From Zootoca vivipara (taxonomy: Eukaryota): a stretch of DNA of 64,000 nucleotides. Shown in pieces: positions 56,301 to 64,000 of this stretch (within the stretch, counting starts at the first letter, position 1; the number at the start of each line of letters is the position of its first letter). The notes under the pieces were generated by a model. It worked only from the letters and a program-made list of their open reading frames with translations, had not been told where the DNA came from and did no database searches. The DNA lies in the NCBI RefSeq assembly GCF_963506605.1, contig NC_083288.1:33294001-33358000 (forward strand), in the 5' to 3' direction. The position numbers and the translations under genes were made by a program.

Positions 56301-59300
56301 GGGGAGTTCTAGAACGAGACCAGCCACGCCTCTGAGGTGTCCGTGATCGGCCCCATCTAGGAGGACTTCGTGAGCGTGACCTGCCCCACCGCTGGGGTGT
56401 TCTTGACCGGCCCCGCCACTGAGGGCTGCGAGAACGGATCCTTCTCGGAGGAGTACGTGAACGGGATCGAGCACGTCTCTGAGCCGAGCGAGACCTTCCC
56501 CTCCTTGGAGGTGTGCGTGATCTGCCTCTCTTAGCTGGGGTGCGTGACCGAGATCTACCTCTTCGAGCAATGGGTGTTTGGGAGAGAGATCTATCCCTCC
56601 GACTGGTCCTTGACTTGTTGCCCCTGGCTGGAGGGGTGCCCGATAATTCACGACGAGATGTGACCTTGGCAGCCTGCTTTTGCCCAGAGCGGGAGACTTC
56701 AGGGGATGAGCTAGACCTCTCTCTCTGTGCGGAGGTCTTCTCTTTGCCTTGCCTTTTAGGAGGCTCCTCTGGAGAAGAGCTACGGGAAACTGGGGCTGGC
56801 TTGGTTGCTGGGGAAGGAGAGGAGGAGGAAGAAGAAGAGGAGCAGCTACCACTCTCTGAAGGAGAACAAGAGCGCTGAGGTGGAGAGCCATCGGGTGAGC
56901 CCTTCCTCAACTTTATCTCACTGGCTTTAGAAGTAGGAGATGAGGCAGCTGCCAGATTCTCCTTCTTGTCAGTCGATGATTTAGCCTTGGATAGTAGAGT
57001 CCCATTATGATCCTCTGTCTGCTTCTTAGGGGGTGGGGAGACACTCTCCTTCGAGGAGGGATGCTTCTGCCCCGAGACTCTTTCCCGAGAAGGATCACTT
57101 GGCATTGGAGAGCGATGCTTGAACCTTGAATCCCGCTCAAATGATGGAGAGGATTTCCGATCCCCATGCCGAGCAGACTTCCTCTCCTTCTCTCTTTCCT
57201 TCTCTCTGGCAGGAGATAAAGAAGGGCTGCCAGAGCGCTGGCGGGTCTCACGTACTGGAGAATGCTTGGACATAGTTTTCTGGACAACAGGAAATTTAAA
57301 AAAAAAAACTGTTAGTATTACAACCCCGACTCCATGATTTTTCTCCTACAAATATAATCAAGTCCTGCTGAAATCCCTAAGGAATCTCTGTTGCAAGTCA
57401 CTAAAGTATAATCCCGTACCTCCCGCTTTTCTCTGCTTTCTCGAGGGCTTGGGCTCCTGCCCCGCCGGACAGGCTCAGGAGAAGATGAGCGTGTTCTCTC
57501 TGGCAGATTCTTGGAAATTGCCTCAGTTTCCCCTTGTTTACGTGAAGGTGCTGAGGGAGACTTGCTCTGTCGCCTTAAGGGGGCCCGCTTCTGGGCTATG
57601 GTGCTACCTGACCTGTAGATGATAAATAACTATCAGAGACTTGAAATGTGAGTTAGTCTGAAATCTGGTTTCAAGAACACTGGATTGGGTGAGGAAGGAA
57701 TAGAGGGAACTTTGGATCTCCATCCCAAAGCCGTACCTGCTACAGGAAGCATCTGAAGAGGAAGAATCATCTGGGGATGAGGAACGATCCCGTCGGCCTT
57801 TCTGAGATGCGGACTCACTAGTGGACCTAAGAGAGTTAGAAATGTGAGCAGAAAGGATGCAAAAAAAAGACCACCTTTAGCAAGGAGGGATCTTGGTAGT
57901 GGCAAGAAAAACATGATTTTTACCTCCTGCGTTTCTTTTCCTTAGACTTGTGTTTGCTCTTGGGACTTGGGGACCTGGAAAAAGACATTTGTTTTCAAAC
58001 ATTCTGGAAACATTGCACAGCCATTATTTCTATCTCAATTCCTATAGTACCCACTGCAGAACATCCCTGTCCCTAGGAATAACCAAGAAGCTATTATTAA
58101 ACAGATGTCCCTAAAACACCGCCACACAATTCATAACAAAGAGATCAATGCAACATGTGGCTAGTAATGTTGGATGTAGTTGTGGGACAATCAGATTCAA
58201 GTCACCACTCAACAATGAAAATCACAGGGTATCCTCTGAGAACTCACAATTTCTCAGTTCTGATTGGTTGAGAATACAAGCAGAGTAAAATCAGAATTGC
58301 ACTCTCTATACCCAAATGCATTTTTAAAATGTTAAGACTCACCTGTGCTTTCTTTTCTTTGACTCTGACCTACAAAAAAGAAACAGGGTCTTACATACTT
58401 CAGCTTATTGCCGGTCACCTAACAACATAATAGTATGCCCAGAAACCTTGATACTGGATGAAAAGTGATGACTTCCCTCCACCCCAGTCCTACACACGAT
58501 GCTTTCAGACAGAGAATTTCTGACAAGAGATAGCTGCATATAGGGTGAGAAAGGCCCCAAACTCTACATCACGCAACTTCTTTTGTAGGGAAAAACAAGA
58601 CAACCGTATCCCACAGAAAGCAAGAGGTCTGTTCTCTCATGCACACTTGAAGACAAACCAGAAGCTACTTAGGAAACACTGAAAATAACCATCAGATGAA
58701 GAGATAAAGATTCTAAAGCCCAGTCTATCACACTAAACCAGCCTGTCTCTCCCAAGACAGCCCCTTACCTGTGTTTCTTTTTCTTTGAACTTTTCTTCCT
58801 CTCCCTCCGAGAAGGTGATCTGCTCTCAGATCTTGAAGAGACAAATGAAAGGGACATATTACATGTGGTAAGGAGTAAGGGAGACCCACACATCCCAGAT
58901 CCCTTACTCTCTCCCCTCACTAATGCACCCCACCTAGTCAAACTCAAACTGACTCCCTCTTCTCGCCACATCTCACCACTGCCTTTGCTCATTCACCCAC
59001 CTGCCTCTGTCTTTCTTCTTTTTCTTCTTCTTCTGTTTTGGGGACGGTGAGCGGGAGCTGCTAGACTCTTTAACAAGACTGGGAAAACACAGAGAAATGG
59101 TGAAAAACCAACTCCCAAACAGGCTCCAAAATAACGGCTCTCCCTTCCTTCTTTCCTCTCCCCATTCCTCCCAACACATCCCCAAGCAGGCAACTAGGCT
59201 GCCAAATTCTCAAGTTTAGGGGCATTAGCATGCACACCACAAAAGGAATATTAGGGAGTCCCAGTATCGTTAACAACCCTTACAAAAAATATGTCAAAAC

Positions 59301-61813
59301 TACAGCAAACTCATGTCAAAATACAAATCAGATTTTTTAATGCATATATATTTAATAAAGGTATCATCTGATGTAATCTTACCCCAAGGCAAGGCTTGTA
59401 TTATATAGTACAGTAAACGTCAAACAACTTTTATCAAGTAATATCTATTTCTTAAACAAAAAAATACAGTAACTTGATTCCCAATCCATGTAAAGCGACA
59501 GGAGCTCAACTGAGGTAAGCACAACCATGTCTACCTCCCCAACTTCTATCTTTTCTTTCCTCAGCAAGGATGCCCACATACCTGTACTGCTTTTGCTGTT
59601 CCTGCTGTTGCTTAGCTGCTGCTGCAGCTGCAGCTGCCGCTGCCTCCTTAGCCCTGCGGTTGGGGTCAAAGGAGCTGCCATCCACATAGTTGTCACTAAT
59701 TCCAAAGGCAGCTCTGAGCCTCTCGTTCTTCTTTTCATTGGCCTCAGCCAGCTGATGGGTCTCTGTGACACTGGAGAAGAACAGAAATAGTTACTACAGG
59801 GGAAACCTGAGGTTATGAGGCAAGCCCGAGGGAAGTATGGGAAGAGCAACAAGCCCCACAGGGAAGGGAAAGGAGGTGGGGCGCTAATAAATCAGAACCA
59901 AAATCCACCAAGGTGCCTTACTTACGTCGGCTTCTGCTGCTGTTCCCCCTCCTTGACCACTGCTACATCCTTCTCCAAAAGCATCATCCGAAAAGTGGCT
60001 ACCTTTTCCTGGATCTCCCCTTCTCCATACCTGGGTTGAGAACACCAGAAAATATTTTACAAGGCTTACCAGATGGGCCCCATAAACAAGGCAACCAGTC
60101 TCTAATGAGGTAGTAGGCAGTGCTGCTAAGGGACATGAATCATAACAGATTGAAAACACAGACTACTTCTATCTAGCACAGCATAGTACTTATGACTTAA
60201 ATGTAAACCAAAGACTTAAGCACACACACACACACAATCATGACCTAGCTAAGTGTCTTTCTACGAACCACTATTCTCTCAGCCTCAACCTCCCTGAGAT
60301 CTGCAATTTAGAGATAATATTACAATAACTGTGCATAGGAGAATCATCATTATCAATAAAGCATTTGACTAGAACTTCAAAGTATTTTATAAAAAGCTAA
60401 GCAACATTGTTACTACCCCCCAAAAGGAATAATTTTCTACTACAAATGAAAATGTCATCTTCACTCCTGGAATCCAGCAAAACAAAATTGACAAATTTAA
60501 CTTTTCTTGCAATACACATAAAATTGATTCAACACCTACTAAATGTAAAGTAACTTCACTCTGCTTGTTTTTCCTATAAATAAGTTAATACTACATATAT
60601 TGTACCTGAAGCACTTCTGAACAAGTCCCACTGAAACCAACAGGCAGCAAGCGGCCAGTGCCACAACGCATATGTACATCTAGCATGTATAGTTTATGAC
60701 ATGATTTCTCATATTTTCAACTCGAGGCAGCCAAAAATTAATGATGTCCTCCCATCACAAAATGGTAATATATATAGGCGGTTTGGTACTATCAGCAGGC
60801 AATTACTGACATCTAATCAATATTTAGAAATTACTAAATTCTTTGCCAAAGCATTTTCCTTGTGAGAATGAGGTCCATAGTTTAACTTTCCTCAAGCATA
60901 GTAGACATTTACTCAGGAGGTACTAAGACTCAGCCCCCCTATTGACTACTCCAGAGAATTGACAGATCCTGAGGCTCACTTTAAGTAGAGAAAGAAGGCT
61001 TTTCCCCCACTCCCAAGCACCTCTCATAAGTATTTTTACCCATTTCATGTAAATTCTTCTCCCATTCACCTTTCATGCTCAACTTGTGCCTCATTCCCCC
61101 ACCCTACCCTACCCTCGAGCCTGGTCCTTGAACATGTTCACTTATTCTTCCCATTTCAGTTTTCCTCTTTACTCCTAGTTTATTTATACCTGTATTATTA
61201 ATCATAAATATGTAACTTTCAAATTTCCTTCAACACCTACTCTCACCCTTTGCCCTTAGAGGAAGCACAGCTTTTCCTTCCTCACCCCTGCTTCCTAACT
61301 TTGTCTACCTTCCATCATTGCTGTGGTAAGAAATCAGAGTAATTGGTCAGTTACCAAGACCAATGTTGCCAACAAATGAAGGCAGAAATCCCAGGTGCAA
61401 TGCCACATACCCCACCTTCCCAAATCCCACATACCCCACCTTCCCATACCCCACCTTCTTCCACAATTGCTATCAGCCTTATTCATTCAACAGCTGTCAC
61501 TGTCTCCATGCTTATTTTCAGCCCACATTGTTATATCCCAATTGTTATATTCCCTATTGCCTGCTACAACCTACCCCTGCTCTTCCATGAGTTCAGCCAA
61601 CTCTAAGCATTTCAGCTCAACCTTCCGCTTGCGCTCGTGGTCCAGGATGTCCTGGTTGGGTTTTTTAACCAGGGATGACTCCAGCTTCCTCAACTCCTCT
61701 TCTGACTTGTAGTCAGTGCGATCTTTCTTGTGGCGCACGGCCGAGAGGTTGCGCTGCACGTAACCGTTGGTGCCGCTGCCCCGGGGAGTGGGGAGTCCTA
61801 TCCCATTGTACAT
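47335..61813 (-). CDS. SRRM2: Serine/arginine repetitive matrix protein 2 (SRm300), complete, 14 coding exons, ~2124 aa
   Basis: N-terminus MYNGIGLPTPRGSGTNGYVQRNLS plus cwf21 domain. Exons 61575-61813, 59926-60030, 59582-59770, 59001-59078, 58769-58831, 58343-58369, 57924-57974, 57737-57826, 57420-57612, 52463-57279, 50182-50451, 48769-48894, 48505-48621 and 47335-47344 are all GT-AG, sum to 6375 nt and stay in frame. C-terminus SPRKPIDSLRDSRSLSYSP..RSP*. Confidence 0.96.
52463..57279 (-). CDS. SRRM2: SRRM2 giant exon (4817 nt) encoding the RS-rich disordered region
   Basis: 1604-aa open frame with RSRSRTP and SGSSP repeats; gtccag|AAAACT acceptor, CA|gtaaga donor. Confidence 0.96.
61402..61458. 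repeat. Short tandem repeat, three copies of CATACCCCACCTTC
   Basis: Direct read in SRRM2 intron 2. Confidence 0.7.
61575..61813 (-). CDS. SRRM2: SRRM2 first coding exon (exon 2 starts at 61850)
   Basis: MYNGIGLPTPRGSGTNGYVQRNLSAVRHKK..ILDHERKRKVELKCLELAELMEEQG. Confidence 0.96.
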
Positions 61814-63109
61814 GGCGCTCACAGGCTAGCACCAATGGTGCCTCTAATGCCTACAGAAAAAAACAGATGGTGTATGGCTAGAAGCAGAGGCAAAAGAGCA
61901 ACTGGCAGCTTCTGCCAACATTTTCCAAATACCAGGATGGACCCATGCCTCTCCACAATCAAGACTGAAAATATAAATGCACAGAAGAAATACACAGAAA
62001 TCATGTGGTGCAACATGCTTCCCACAAATTATGTACTTATGATGACTCCAACCTGAATCTAGTGCCAAACACCCCCTCACACATACACTTTCCTTTCTTC
62101 TCACTTTGCCCCATTAATGCTCCCTATGCATCTTCAAATTTACTCATCAAAGTCTCCCTTATTGCATTTCAGGCTCCCCTTCCCCTCATCTTCAAATTCT
62201 ATCTGCTCCCCCAGAGAAGTGACTCACCTGCAGCCTCTTACCTACATCTTTCCTGTTCAACACTTTTCCCTTCATGAATCTCCCAGAAACCTGATTCCCC
62301 CCCCCCACCTGCTCTCAGAATTTGCTTGAATTTACTCATCGCACCCCCTAGAGAGCAGCGACGATAACAAAACTCTGGAGCCTTAACTTCCACTCTACTG
62401 AACCCCTCTTCCTATTTTTACATTTTACACAAATACAACCCTATCCTTTGTTCCCAACCCCACCAGTTTCAAGCCCCCAGCTAAGGCTACAATCCTGCTC
62501 ATTATCTGGGAGCTCAGTCGGACTTACCTCTGAGCAAAAAAATAAACCTGCACACGATTGGCCTGCAACACTCTCCTCCTCCCTCCCTCACTATCCCGTT
62601 TGATCCTCGGCCATAAACGGCTGAAACTCCAGCCCGATATTTCCCCAATCTGGCTCCAACAACCCCATTAACCTCCTTTGAAGGACTGAACTCCCAGTCT
62701 TGTTATAACCTCCCCAGTCTCTATGAGGTTTCTAACCGGCTTAAAGGCCTGCGCCCCACCACCACATGGACCCACAACCTGGCTACGAGCAAATCATTCC
62801 TATATTCCCCACCCCCAAAAAGGCCTTGACAGCCATCTCTGTAGCAGTTTCAAGCCCCACCCCTACCCCCTACTAGGCCTTTCCTCCCTCCCCAGGAATA
62901 TCCACACACACACACCTCTACCTATTAGGCCGATTCACCTCAAGGCCTGATGAGACCCTCCCTCTGCCCGCACCCCAGCACTCAACCCAACACCCGCCCA
63001 CGCATGCACCGCATCCATGACGCGCGCCCGCGGGCCCCCTCCCCAAACCCTCTCCTCCCTCCCCCTGCGCGACTCCCGAGGACGGGCCGCCCCGGAGTAG
63101 GCCTCTCAC

Positions 63110-63300
63110 CCGCCTCCCTCGCGCTGCTCAGGGAGGCCGCTCTCTCTGCCTGCGCCACTCTCTCGCTCTCTCTCTCTCTCGCGCTCCCTCACCCGACGCA
63201 GCAGCAGCAGCCGCGGCGCAGGCGAAGGGTGAAGGGGAGGAGGGGGAAAGGAGGAGGAGAAGCGGAACCGCCCCCCTTCCCGTCCAATTCGCTCCCGTCT
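63110..63300 (-). other. SRRM2: SRRM2 non-coding exon 1 (5' end approximate)
   Basis: Lies in the CpG island; donor GG|gtgaga at 63109. Confidence 0.7.
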
Positions 63301-63900
63301 GTCCCTCTCCTCGCCCGCGGGGTTATGGGAAACATAGTCCTTTCGCGACCAAGACCCTGACGCCAATAGTCTCCGAGGCATGGAAAAGACTACAAGTCCC
63401 GGCATGCATCGCAAGCAGCGCGAAGGTCGGACGCCATTTTCTAAAGCGCTCTGGGGAGAGGAATAGAGATGAGGGGGGAGGCTGTTTCAGGAAGACTTTG
63501 CCCCTGCGGGTGGATTTTCCTTTCGCTCTCACCCTCACTTTTTTCCCTCTCTCTCTCGTACAGCAGTCACATCGAGGCGCGACGCACTTCGGGAGGCACC
63601 GCTAGTGGTGCGTGAGGGAGCGCGGACAGGACGAGACGAGACGGATCCGTCCCTCCCGTCAGCCACCGCGCGTTCCCAAATTAGAGAGCAGAGGGGTGGA
63701 ATCCAGAGTAGAAAGCCAAGTCTCGCGAGATTTCATTTTGTAAACCCGCGTTGCGTCTATCGTGACGCAAAATGTTAGGCGCGTGGTTCGCGTGCCTTCG
63801 AAGCATGCTGGGAACTGTAGTTCAGTTGTTCCCATTGCACCATAGCACCCGCACACACTCCTCCTACAAGTGAGACAACAACTTCCAGAATGAATTGCGA
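63300..63900. promoter_or_regulatory. SRRM2: SRRM2 CpG-island promoter (bidirectional-type motif set)
   Basis: ZNF143/SBS motifs GACTACAAGTCCCGGCATGC near 63388-63408 and on the minus strand near 63323-63340 and 63803-63821; YY1 CGCCATTTT 63432-63440; TCTCGCGAGA (BANP/ZBTB33 motif) 63721-63730. Confidence 0.8.
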
Positions 63901-64000
63901 GCTGATGTTGCTGCATTTTGTTTCCCGTTTCTCCTCAGAAAGAGGAAAGAATGGGGAATTTTATTCCTAGAGGGACTTTCCATAAAGCCCAAAGTGAAAG

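Noticed and set aside
52467-57337. Many plus-strand ORFs (e.g. 52514-52963, 53678-54325) with acidic or LDF repeats
   Set aside because: Antisense shadows of the repetitive SRRM2 giant exon

Overview
Vertebrate genomic DNA, most likely a squamate (lacertid-type lizard), judged from a Sauria SINE, BovB/CR1/L2 LINE fragments and hAT/Tc1-mariner MITEs. Three protein-coding genes are present. A PRSS27-like trypsin-family serine protease contributes two 5' exons on the minus strand and runs off the left edge. ELOB (Elongin B) is complete (4 exons, plus strand, 7148-12383). SRRM2 is complete (15 exons, minus strand, ~46260-63300, ~2124 aa). ELOB and SRRM2 are convergent as in human, but here they are ~33.6 kb apart instead of abutting. 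The gap holds an intact miR-142 hairpin (40361-40449, plus strand; both mature arms identical to canonical miR-142-5p/3p). Around it are ETS/PU.1, RUNX and ETS-IRF motifs, a candidate TATA promoter and candidate non-coding exons. This looks like a miR-142 paralogue locus that is not syntenic with mammalian MIR142, and it is the most notable element in the window.
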